Of a stretch of 43,966 nt of DNA, positions 1-11,419 are shown piece by piece (positions within the stretch are counted from its first letter, which is position 1; every line of letters begins with the position of its first letter). The DNA is from Octopus bimaculoides (taxonomy: Eukaryota). A model generated the notes under the pieces. The model searched no databases. It was not told the origin of the DNA and saw only the letters and a program-made list of their open reading frames with translations. Both the position numbers and the translations under genes were made by a program. The stretch is from positions 64,362,716-64,406,681 of the forward strand of contig NC_068991.1 of NCBI RefSeq assembly GCF_001194135.2, given 5' to 3'.

Positions 1-636
1 ATATATATATATATACATGTATATATGCACACAGATGTGCATTTAAAAATACATCATGTATGTGTGTGTGTGTTTTTGTGTCCGTGTGTGAGTACATGAG
101 TGTGTATATGTGTCAGTGTGTCGAGGTATGTTTTACTATCCTTTCTGTATCACTTCATCTGTCAATAAAAATCTGTAAAACCAACCGAAGTAGAAAAGAA
201 CGGAAACCATAAAGGGTGTTTCGCAGTACATTCTCTTGCATGAAACAGCATTGGTCTTTGATAACATACGTTAGAAGAATTGATCTAATCCTCTGACAGA
301 AGAAATTTATTGATAAAAATAAATAATGTATCTATCACAGTTTTCCAGCTTGAAGTCAAAACAAACTCTGCCCAGCGAGGCGCATTGAGACAAACATGTA
401 GAGACTTCCCGAATGATTGTCACTACTGAGAAGGCTTCAACGTTGTTATACGCTTACGTAGTTTAGAATATCATTCATTCTCTAAGCTCGATACTTTGAA
501 AGTTTCAGGACCCAATTTACTTAAATGCTTCGCTTCAAAGGATATCGCATAAACACTCACAGTTATATGCATGCAATAAATAAATTCAAATGTAGAAAAT
601 ACAATGTCACAGAATGGAAAAATATTCCGGTTGTAT

Positions 637-830
637 ATTGTTTTCTATTCTAGGCACAAGGCCCGGAATTTTGGGAGAAGGGTACAGTCGGTTAGATCGA
701 CCCCAGCATGCAACTCGTACTTAATTTATCGAAGGATGAAAGGCAAAGTCGATCTCGGCGGAATTTGAACTGAGAACATAAAGACAGACGAAATACTGCT
801 AAGCATTTTGCCCAGCGTGCTAACATTTCT
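637..830 (-). mobile_element. tRNA-headed SINE, type A (tail variant 1), lacking first ~15 nt; 3' unit of a SINE dimer
   Basis: Shares core AAAGGCAAAGTCGA..TCGGCGGAATTTGAACT with copies at 831, 9172, 37189 and 38742. Dimer 637-1060 is flanked by direct repeat TATTCCGGTTGTAT (623-636, 1061-1074). Confidence 0.85.
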
Positions 831-1060
831 TATTGCTTTTCTGCCCACAAGGGGCTAAACATAGCGAGACAAACAAGGACACACAAAGGGATTAAGTCGA
901 TTACATCGACCTCAGTGACTAACTGGTACTTAATTTATCGACCCCGAAAGTACGAAAGGCAAAGTCGACCTCGGCGGAATTTGAACTCAGAACGTAACGG
1001 CAGACGAAATACCGATAAACATTTCGCCTGGCGTGCTAACGTTTCTACCAACTCGCCGCC
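831..1060 (-). mobile_element. tRNA-headed SINE, type A (tail variant 2), full length
   Basis: Head GGCGGCGAGTTGGTAGAAACGTTAGC, B-box-like GAGTTCAAATTCC, A-rich tail; near-colinear with 9172-9401. Confidence 0.9.
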
Positions 1061-1334
1061 TATTCCGGTTGTATTTTGCATTCATTGGGAGTAAAGCTGA
1101 GTTTTTACGTAATGGAGTCATAGGTTTAAATCTCATATATGTGCATCACAGTGAAGAGCGAGATTCAAAACGATGACTAGTACACTTATTTTAAAATCCT
1201 TCTGGCAGATTCGAACGCAAATATGCTAATAACTGGTGACTTCGTCTTAGGTGAGCACTTTCTTTACAATTGTGTATTCACCCCCACCACCCGTAGAGAC
1301 AGTGTTTCTACATTCAGGATACCTGTTATGTGTT

Positions 1335-1592
1335 TCCTTTACTTGTTTCAGTCATTGAACGGCGGCCATGCTGGGACACAACCCTAAAGGGTTTAGTCGA
1401 AGAAATCGACCCCAGTTGTAACTTTTCAAGTTTGGTGCTTACTCTATCAGTTGCTTGTGTCGAACTGCGATGTTAGGGTTACATGAACGTGAACAAATCA
1501 ACACCGATTGTCAAGCGGTGTACTTAGCACTAGCATTGAACATGATACCACGTGGTTGCAAAGCGAGCTACTTAACCACACAGCTATGACCA
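1335..1592 (-). mobile_element. SINE type B, degraded and internally deleted
   Basis: Head remnant GCTGTGTGGTTAAGTAGCTCGC and 3' part CCCAGCATGGCCGCC..TGACTGAAACAAGTAAA match 27077-27472. Confidence 0.75.
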
Positions 1593-2083
1593 CTTCTCTA
1601 TGCTACTAGTGAATAAACATACCTGAGGCATGAAGGGTTTGTCACAGAAAGCTATTAATAATGATCGCAAGAAATATAAGGATTATACGATTTACTTGGC
1701 CATCAATTACCAGAAAATCGATGGTGTATCTGTGTAAGAAATATTTGTTTTAAATGTTGTATTTGCCTGAAATTGAATGCATTTCCTATTTAGTGAACGA
1801 CTGGTGATTATAAGACCAATATATTTGTTATCTCAACGTGAATATATTTTTATAATGTCAAGTTGTTTAGACTATCCAACTATCAACAGGTGTCATTTTA
1901 TAAGTTGAAGATAAAGGTAAAATTAAGTAGGACAGCACATCAATTCTTTATTTCTTTTTCTTTTTACTGTAGAGATTAAATTTGAGGTAAGATAAGAAAT
2001 ATACACATGCTTTTTGGGTTTTTTTTACAAGATTTAAGAGATATCAACTGCAAAGTTTTCCCTGCAACGAAAATCATTCTAGG

Positions 2084-2084
<1 letters not shown>

Positions 2085-2154
<70 letters not shown>
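2085..2154. repeat. (CT)n microsatellite
   Basis: Direct reading; explains the RE/SL-repeat ORFs. Confidence 0.98.
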
Positions 2155-2157
<3 letters not shown>

Positions 2158-2599
2158 GGTATAGGTATGGATTAATAAATATACACAGTAATAGATTGCT
2201 AGTGAAAATATGAACACAGATCATAAAACGCGTTGCTAAGTTAAGTTGTATACATACGTATAATTTACATATGTATGTAATTACATGTAAGCTTGTGTGT
2301 ATGTGTGTGTATTTATGCTCGTGTTTTTCTTTTGCATGTATATGAGTGTGATATAACGTTCATTTATAGTTACTCAATACGCATGCAGTATGTATGAAAC
2401 TATGCCTGTACATGCTTGCATTTGTATATAGTCGTGCGGCTGTACAAGTATGTAGGTATACATATATATTACATATGCATGCATTTGCATACATACACAC
2501 ATGCACACGCACATAAATAATTACAAGCATACATACACATTCATTGTATATTTATAAATAAATGGATATGTATACATATATACATACACACACACAAAT

Positions 2600-2870
2600 A
2601 TATGGGTACAGGACGTCACCAACAGTAAACAACATGAAATACGAAAATAAATGAGTTCAATACGCAAACAACGAGAGAAACAAATAGAAAACAGGACAAG
2701 TAACATAAAGAACGCCCCTTCATCATTTGTCGGTTACTTGAAATTTACAGAAAAACAAACGACGAAGACAGGTGTATAAGCAAGCAGGTGTATTAGTTTG
2801 ATGCGCGGGAAGGTGAAAAAGTCTTTTACGTCTCGAGACTACGCTCTTCAACAGAAAGGAACTCGAGGAA

Positions 2871-2875
<5 letters not shown>
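2600..2875 (-). mobile_element. Penelope-like terminal-repeat fragment with degenerate hammerhead-like motif
   Basis: Ends in GTCCTGTACCCATATA and has TGATGAAGGGG..CTTTATGTT like 23935-24100. Segment ~2785-2860 is homologous to 22300-22380. Penelope assignment is inferred from the hammerhead-like motif. Confidence 0.55.
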
Positions 2876-2913
<38 letters not shown>

Positions 2914-3094
2914 AAAAAAATAACTCATGGACTTAGCGGTCAATTGGCGACTGGTTGGAAAAAGGTAGTTGGACAGGAGAGCTAGGAAGAAGGGGAGATA
3001 ATAAAGTATATATATACTTTTAGTCAATTGAAATAAACAAATAAAAATTAACAGACACGAGGACGTGCACAAAGAATGTATTTGCTTAACATGA

Positions 3095-3225
3095 ACACAT
3101 GCACACATACATGCATACATACATACATACATACATATATGCATGCATATATGCATGTACATACATACATATATGCATGCATATATGCATGCACACACAT
3201 ACATACATACATACATACATACATG
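3095..3225. repeat. (TACA)n / (TGCA) compound microsatellite
   Basis: Direct reading. Confidence 0.95.
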
Positions 3226-3707
3226 ACGGCTGGAAATCGATTTCGAGAAATGCCATGGCTTGACTGCTTTCTTAAACGTGAGCACCATGGTTTAGTTGCC
3301 TACGGCCCGACCAGGCGCCAGGGTACATGTTACCAGTAGTACTAAGAATGACAATACATAGAAATGACAGGAAGTAACATTGAAAATTAAAAAGTCCCAT
3401 ACAATTCCATTCGGTTTCTTCACGATCATCCCTTGAGAAAGGGAAATCGTTCGGTGAGAATATTTAATATACTTTGTGCCGATTCCGCTTACGAAATAGC
3501 GTAATTCATTCTGAATTAATAGACATAGCCGGTTCTCACCACTTTCTCAGATTGTAAAAACTTTCAGCATATAAACATATCAAGTGTGGGTGTGTATCTG
3601 TGTGTGTGTGTGTGTGAGGTGTGTGCATATGTTTATGTGTATGTATGAATATAGATATGCGTGTTTCTACATACAGATATAGATATATATATATATATAT
3701 ATATATA

Positions 3708-4022
3708 NNNNNNNNNNNNNNNNNNNNNNNNNNNNNNNNNNNNNNNNNNNNNNNNNNNNNNNNNNNNNNNNNNNNNNNNNNNNNNNNNNNNNNNNNNNNN
3801 NNNNNNNNNNNNNNNNNNNNNNNNNNNNNNNNNNNNNNNNNNNNNNNNNNNNNNNNNNNNNNNNNNNNNNNNNNNNNNNNNNNNNNNNNNNNNNNNNNNN
3901 NNNNNNNNNNNNNNNNNNNNNNNNNNNNNNNNNNNNNNNNNNNNNNNNNNNNNNNNNNNNNNNNNNNNNNNNNNNNNNNNNNNNNNNNNNNNNNNNNNNN
4001 NNNNNNNNNNNNNNNNNNNNNN
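3708..4022. other. Assembly gap between (TA)n and (GATA)n arrays; (GATA)n runs 4023-4120
   Basis: N run. Confidence 0.99.
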
Positions 4023-4120
<98 letters not shown>

Positions 4121-4849
4121 CATGTATGTTCGTACATATATATACCTCCCGACCTCATACAAAAGGAGTGCCAGTCAAGTCGACTATAGTATAAAGTCAC
4201 ATTCTTTGGAAATGTTCCGTTGTGTGCATCTGTGCCCATTAGAGGTTACAGACATTGAACGGCTTTCAGTGAGTTTTGTCAATTGTTATATCGACTCATA
4301 CATTTACTTCCTAACACACAAACACGTTTCCTTTTTATACTCACACGCACACATAAATACGAGTTACATGAGGTATAAGCTATGGTCTCTGTGTTCTATT
4401 ATGAAATTGTAAAGACAAGACATAGCTAAAGTCTTGGAGATGTGTCACTGATAGCTTAGGAAAAAGATATTGTTTAAGATATTCCTATAATATTTTTTTT
4501 AGTCATAATCGGAAGACAATCCCTGACAAATATAATTCTCATTGAATAGGTATTTAACACGGAATATCTTGTATCTAGCTGTCCCTACCAACATCCACAC
4601 TGTTGAGATCATTATGTAGCAGTATACACTTGCAAATGTAATGTGTGAAGTGTAGGACGAAGAAATTAAAAGACTATTTCCTGTGCATTAATAACAATAA
4701 AGCTATTTCATATTATAGATAATACACATACATCCATTCACACCGACACACAACCCCGACACATATTTATGCTCAACCAAATGTCAGGAGGGACGAGGTT
4801 TAATAAATACTCTATTAGGTTGACGCTTTAGAGGAAACAGAAAGTCTTA

Positions 4850-4879
4850 CGTATATACATACATATACACACATGCGCA

Positions 4880-4919
<40 letters not shown>

Positions 4920-4958
4920 CACGCACATATATACATACATACATGTGTGAATATATAG

Positions 4959-5018
<60 letters not shown>

Positions 5019-5090
5019 AAACACACAAATACACACACAAACGACAAACATATACACGCACACACACATACACACACATACACACACATG
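4850..5090. repeat. Compound (TA)n/(CA)n microsatellite
   Basis: Direct reading. Confidence 0.95.
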
Positions 5091-5091
5091 C

Positions 5092-5244
5092 AGTCTGAGT
5101 CCAGATTCCGATGAGGTCGACTTTTATTCTTTTGGTGTTGTTAAAATAAGTATTACTTGTGTACTGGAGTCGATGCATGCTAGCTTTGTACTGGGGTCCC
5201 TCCCCAATTTCAGGCCTTGTGCTTTTAATAGGGGGGATTATTAC

Positions 5245-5293
<49 letters not shown>
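5092..5293 (+). mobile_element. SINE type A, 5'-truncated, with (TAT)n tail (5237-5293)
   Basis: GAGGTCGACTTT..CTTTTGG..GGAGTCGATG..AATTTCAGGCCTTGTGC matches the 3' half of 38742-38951. Confidence 0.75.
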
Positions 5294-5786
5294 GAGTGAG
5301 GGTGCAGTGCATGACATCAAAACGACACTGGGGTACAAATATACGAAGCCAAATATACCCATCATAACTACCCGTCTGATAAGGGTACACCAGGCACATG
5401 CATCGCAACCATATGTGCGCGACATGGTGATCTCATAACAAGATAAACAGCGCATGACCTCGCAGGTGGGGCCCAGTTAGAATGTTCTTCAGGTTGAGTA
5501 GCCTGTCACGCTCAAAAAGACCCTGAATAAGGTTTAAGGATGATGAAAAAAATACCCATGTTTCCAGAGGTGAATTATTGAAACGCCAAAGAATTCCCCT
5601 CAACACATAGCTATGATGATCCCCTACTACTTCTGCTTGTAATTAGAGATGCACATTTCGTCAGCCACTAATGGACAAGCTGAACTGGTAAAGGTCTAGC
5701 AACTGACAAGCAAATGTGTGGTATGGATCAGAATATTTGTTGTAGCCCATCTTTTATACCGAGACAAAACAATGTACATGATAACA

Positions 5787-5787
<1 letters not shown>
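5294..5787 (-). mobile_element. Unassigned non-LTR retroposon 3' fragment bracketed by (TAT)n arrays
   Basis: GC-richer block ending ...TGCACCCTCACTC(AAT)n on the minus strand; (TAT)n at 5237-5293 and 5788-5822. No protein homology recognised. Confidence 0.55.
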
Positions 5788-5823
<36 letters not shown>

Positions 5824-6290
5824 GAGGTCGCACAGTATACAATATCGTAAGGTTGTTGATTGAAGATATTGTGTCTACCGGTGGTTTGTACTGTTTGTGA
5901 AGTCACAACAAGGACCTCCGACAGACAGTACTTGACGCAATATGCGTGCAGTTCCAAGTAATACCGACTTTTGCAATACACCTAGATTGTAGGGTATTTG
6001 TAAAGTTTTCAGATATTTTTATCAGATTGGTTAGTATTGAACGCAATGCTCCGATGACAATATGGATAACCTTTATGTTTTACTGTCTTAGCTGTTACAT
6101 CTTAGCGATCTCAATTTTCAGGTCTCCATATTTATCAATCTTTTCTCTTTCTTTCATTATGATATGTTGATCACATACAAGCAAAAATACCCTGTTGTTG
6201 GTGTTGAAATACCAATGACGGAGCCTAGGATCTAGGTTAGAAACCTGTTCTTTCTCTATTGGCAAGAAATCTTGAAATAAAACTGAACAA

Positions 6291-6424
6291 TGATATACAT
6301 ACATACATACATACATACATACATACATACATGCAAGCATGCATACATACATACATACGTACATACATACATACATACATGCATGCAAGCATACATACAT
6401 ACATACATACATACATACATACAT
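6291..6424. repeat. (TACA)n microsatellite with duplicated CATGCAAGCA interruption
   Basis: Direct reading. Confidence 0.95.
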
Positions 6425-6708
6425 GTTATCAATGTCAAAAGTATTTAGAAATTTTGAGAAATATGAAATAAATCGTTTTAATCGAAATAAATCAAATTTT
6501 AACTAACAGCGTGCACAGATTATGATTAAAAACCCTTTGGGTAAAAAGTGTCGCACTTTCGTCCAGTGGCAGAACGTCTGTAATGTTTATGGAAGATGTG
6601 AGTTCATGTTCCATAAGTGTCTTAACCCAATACTTACACGCTATAATTTGTAACCTTATCTACTTTCACTTGCCCCGTTAAGAATCATATATGTGGGTGC
6701 GCGTATGC

Positions 6709-6750
<42 letters not shown>

Positions 6751-6777
6751 ATGTATGTATGTTTGTATGTATGTATG

Positions 6778-6992
6778 TAGGAGCACTCCGTCGGTTACTA
6801 TGACGAGGGTCCCAGCTGATACGATCAACGGAACAGCCTGCTCGTGAAATTAACGTGCAAGTGACTGAGTAATCCACAGACACGTGTATCCCTAACGTAG
6901 TTCTCAGGGATATTCAGCGTGACACAGAGTGTGACAAGGCCAGCCCTTTGAAATACAAGTACAACTCATTTTTGCCATCTGAGTGGACTGGA
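6778..6992 (-). mobile_element. SINE type C body and 3' part, headless, between microsatellites
   Basis: Minus-strand CCAGTCCACTCAGATGGCAAAAATGAGT resembles the central domain of 11420-11744 (CCAGTTCCCTCAGCGGTAGAAATGAAT). Confidence 0.65.
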
Positions 6993-7553
6993 CTACATAC
7001 ATACATGTATGTATGTATGTATGTATGTATGTCTATAGGATAGAAGGATCGCTGCGAGGATGTTTCACTTATATTCTACTTTACGCCTGGTTGAAATGTC
7101 ATGTTTATTGGTAGAAGATGATGCAAAAAATAGACAAACACTCCGGTCGATATGATAAACTAGTACACTTGAAGCACGTGTGCCAACATGAATGTCGTCT
7201 AATAACTAAAGACAAAATACACATATAAATAAATAAATTATATGTTTATTGAAAATATGTAAATCGCTGTAAAAAGCCTCTTTCACATCATAAAAATCAC
7301 AGTATAATTTTCTGATAATAAGCACTGGGTTTATAATATGCAATATTTTATTTAATGGCTGTTATTTTGTTATCAGGAGAAACAATATCATTGTTCCTGA
7401 TTTGAAAGACGAAGTGTTGATGGCAAAAGTTATGGTAGTGTGAGACAAAAATGTTATAACGTTAATACTTGTATTTGTGTGTGTTTTAATGTATAAATCG
7501 TTTTAATACATATATGTATTATGTATTTATATGTGTGTATGTGTATGTGAGTA

Positions 7554-7555
<2 letters not shown>

Positions 7556-7604
<49 letters not shown>

Positions 7605-7625
7605 TAGAAATAAAGAGATAGAGTG
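7556..7625. repeat. (GA)n microsatellite
   Basis: Direct reading. Confidence 0.95.
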
Positions 7626-8234
7626 AGAGTTTGTGTATGTTTATGCGTGTGCTTGCGCGCTGTGTTCTTATGCATTTTCTCGTGTTACAGCAGGCATGCA
7701 TCTCTAATTACGATTCCAGCGAAGCGCACCATAAGCCAGGATAGAATTAGAATAATATCTCGTGATGTAAGATGGAAAGTAACAGCATCATAATACAACA
7801 CGAAGCATCTGTGCTGAAATAAACTATGTTTTACTGGGACTTAATTGTGTCGGTGAAAAAATGGTTATATTCGTAAAGACACCACCAGTTTGCAGAAACA
7901 CAATTGTGTCCAGTGGATTGGAGTGTACATTACATGTTATTAATATATTGTATAGCTTGGACATATGTTTCTTTTCTCTCTCCCTCTCTCCATACACACA
8001 CCCATATAAAGACAGATATTAACACTGATGTACATATATATACATAGATAGTTTTCTATTTATGTGCGCGCACATGCGTCTGAATGCGTCTGTGTGTGAG
8101 TGCGTGGGTATGTATGAGTGTGTGTTTGTGTGTGTCTATGTATATATACATATATAGACATGTATTTATACAGATACATGCATACATACATTATTTACAT
8201 TTGACGGATATTTGCTCTCATCTTGTCTGTTGTT

Positions 8235-8280
8235 AACACAACGTTTCGGCTGATATACCCTCCAGCCTTCATCAGGTGTC
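8235..8280 (-). ncRNA. Minimal type I hammerhead ribozyme motif, core intact
   Basis: GACAC-CTGATGA-A-GGCTG(GAGGGTATAT)CAGCC-GAAAC-GTT-GTGTT: stem I, stem II, both core boxes and a palindromic loopless stem III. Confidence 0.7.
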
Positions 8281-8338
8281 TTGGGGAAATTTCGAACTTG
8301 GGTTCTCAAACCTAAGGTATTTTTCGAAATTTCCCCAA

Positions 8339-8384
8339 AACACCTGATGAATGCTGGAGGGTATACCAGCCGAAACATTGTGTT
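8339..8384 (+). ncRNA. Minimal hammerhead ribozyme motif, degenerate copy
   Basis: AACAC-CTGATGA-A-TGCTG..CAGCC-GAAAC-ATT-GTGTT; basal stem II pair and the stem III G are mutated. Confidence 0.55.
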
Positions 8385-9024
8385 AACAACAAACAAAATG
8401 AGGACAAGTATCCGTCAAATGTAAATAATGTAAATGATGTGCATAATTCCTCATCTCGTAAATATAGAACTGTATGCATACATACATACATACATACATA
8501 TGCACTTGCTCAACAATAAGTTTGATCTTTCATCCATTACAGTGAAATACTTGTGGATTTATCAAGCAGGTATTCTTGATTGCATACTTTAAACCTAGTA
8601 GTACACCTTATGGAACTAACTATCCTTTCTTATTTATTAATTTTCCCAAACAGTAGTTCAAAAATGTTTTCTACTGCATCTGTTTCGATTCTGGTTACTG
8701 CGTGTAATACAAATGCCTTGAATGTCACTCGTATAGAAATCGAGTTATGGCTATTAAATCTATATTATCTCTTTATAACAGGTTTTTCTCAATTTTTTTC
8801 CCACGCCCTAAGATTCTATACATATACATATCCAAAACAAGTTATTAAAAAACAATTTTCCAGCCTTATTGTCTCTTACTCACGCTTGTTTCTAAAGTAA
8901 TCCCCGCCGTCGGAGGCACTGGCCTAGAGATTGAAATTGTATTACCCTAATTTTATAGTTCAGAGCATATCAATACAATTTTAAATTGATTTCGTGTATT
9001 CAGTAATTGTATCTCCTAGTTTTG

Positions 9025-9670
9025 TGGATGTGTGACTAAGAAGCTCACTTTGCAAAAGAAAGTTTTCGCTTTCAATCCCACTCCTCGGCACTTTGGGCAA
9101 ATGCCTTCTGCAGTAGCTCTGAGACGACCAATGCTTAATCAGTGAAATTAGTAAACGGAAACTGTGTGGAAGCGGTGAGCTGGCAGAAACGTTAGCAGGC
9201 CGGGCGAAATGTTTAACAGTATTTCGTCTGTTTATACGTTATGAGTTCAAATTCCGCCGATGTCGACTTTGCCTTTCATCCTTTCGGGGTCGATAAATTA
9301 AGTACCAATTACGCACTGGTATCGATGTAATCGACTTAATCACTTTCTCTGTCCTTGTTTGTGCCCTCTATGTTTATCCCCGTGTGAGCAATAAAGAAAT
9401 AGGAAACTATGTGGAAGCCCATCGTATACACATATGTACATATTATATTTGTATTATATATGTGTATATGTGTGTGAGTGTGTCGTTGTGTCTGTGTTTG
9501 TTCCCAGTCGCTCAAGAAATAGAGTTGCTTGTTGACGTCCTCGTAACTTAGTAGATCGGCAAAAGGTACTGATAGAACAATTAAGCCACTAGAGAAGTTG
9601 ATCTGTCCGACTAAACCACCACACAGGTTGGCACCCCAGCATTGCCGCTGTCCTATGATTGAGTCAAACA
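9025..9670 (+). mobile_element. SINE type B, interrupted by a nested type A SINE
   Basis: Head TGTGTGACTAAGAAGCTCACTT, core CTTTGGGCAAATGCCTTCT, internal TA/TG tract, 3' CCCCAGCATTGCCGCTGTC. Confidence 0.8.
9172..9401 (+). mobile_element. SINE type A (tail variant 2), full length, nested
   Basis: GCGGTGAGCTGGCAGAAACGTTAGC head; 16-bp TSD GGAAACT(G/A)TGTGGAAG at 9157-9172 and 9402-9417. Confidence 0.92.
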
Positions 9671-9710
9671 GAGAACAAAGATATATGTGTGTACTCAATA
9701 TATATATACA

Positions 9711-9741
<31 letters not shown>

Positions 9742-10292
9742 NNNNNNNNNNNNNNNNNNNNNNNNNNNNNNNNNNNNNNNNNNNNNNNNNNNNNNNNNNN
9801 NNNNNNNNNNNNNNNNNNNNNNNNNNNNNNNNNNNNNNNNNNNNNNNNNNNNNNNNNNNNNNNNNNNNNNNNNNNNNNNNNNNNNNNNNNNNNNNNNNNN
9901 NNNNNNNNNNNNNNNNNNNNNNNNNNNNNNNNNNNNNNNNNNNNNNNNNNNNNNNNNNNNNNNNNNNNNNNNNNNNNNNNNNNNNNNNNNNNNNNNNNNN
10001 NNNNNNNNNNNNNNNNNNNNNNNNNNNNNNNNNNNNNNNNNNNNNNNNNNNNNNNNNNNNNNNNNNNNNNNNNNNNNNNNNNNNNNNNNNNNNNNNNNNN
10101 NNNNNNNNNNNNNNNNNNNNNNNNNNNNNNNNNNNNNNNNNNNNNNNNNNNNNNNNNNNNNNNNNNNNNNNNNNNNNNNNNNNNNNNNNNNNNNNNNNNN
10201 NNNNNNNNNNNNNNNNNNNNNNNNNNNNNNNNNNNNNNNNNNNNNNNNNNNNNNNNNNNNNNNNNNNNNNNNNNNNNNNNNNNNNNNNNNNN
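9742..10292. other. Assembly gap between (TA)n and (GA)n arrays
   Basis: N run. Confidence 0.99.
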
Positions 10293-10343
<51 letters not shown>

Positions 10344-11419
10344 GAGAGATTGAGCCTGTGACCTCTGCCTTTCAAAGTTTTTAAAGCTTGGGGTAAAATG
10401 AATTCTCCATTTTCCGCCCCTATCTTGGAATTAACAGAAAGAATGATATTATGTCTTGTTCGACTTTACATGTGCATAAAAATTTCTTCATTCATTATAG
10501 ACAAATATATCATTTCCAATTATACAAATAATCTTCACTCACCGAGTTTATATTCTTGGGAAATGTATGATTACCTCGTCGTCCCTCTTTCCACTTCCCT
10601 ATACATTTTGAGATCTTTGAATGTCTAAGAAATAGTAAATGTAACAGTTTGTAATATCTTACAGAATCACTCTATTTAGGACAAGTTCTCAAAAATTTAA
10701 TTTTCCTCTGTTCTTATGTATTATAGTCAGTTTATTTTGTTCAAAATATATTATTTTACTCATATCTTTTCTAATATAAGAATTGAATTATTTCATTTTT
10801 TACCTGAGGACATCAATATAAATGGACATTTTGTGTGTGTATAGAAACGGTAAAACTAAAAAGCTGTTAAAGTAATAATCTTAAAAGCAAATCTGACACT
10901 ATATAAATAATTCAAGTATAAATCTGAAAATAATAAAACTGCTACAACGCCGCTGCCGACGACGATGAAGATTGTAAAGACATTAGCGACAGTCTAGCAA
11001 TATTTGTATCTCAATATGGTGCCACATTACGAACAATACAATTCCAAAAGCTGCTCACGCTAAACAATTAATAATGAAACAGAAATAATTTGTAGCCTTG
11101 ACGATGTATAGTTGAGTAGTTGTTTTCGCAACCACTTCGTTCTGGATTCGATCTCACTTAGTCAAGTTTTTATTGTATTAGAGCTTTGTATCAGCATGAG
11201 AGAAATTTGACAAAATGAAATATTGGAGAACTCTATTAGATACAGCTATATCTGTCTTTGTGTACGTATTTATATAATTTGCATGTGCGTGTATATATGT
11301 AAGACGTGTGTGAGAGAATCACAACACAGTGGTTTCATCAGTACTGACTGCTGACTAACAACGTCCAAAGAGCCTCTCTGACTACTGGATGCATCGAACA
11401 TAGAATTATGGTGATGATA

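Larger units (their letters stand above)
8187..8473. mobile_element. Penelope-type inverted terminal-repeat insertion (110-bp arms, 26-bp spacer)
   Basis: Arms 8187-8296 and 8323-8432 are inverted with 9 mismatches. Flanked by direct repeat ATGCATACATACAT (8178-8191, 8474-8487). Confidence 0.75.
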
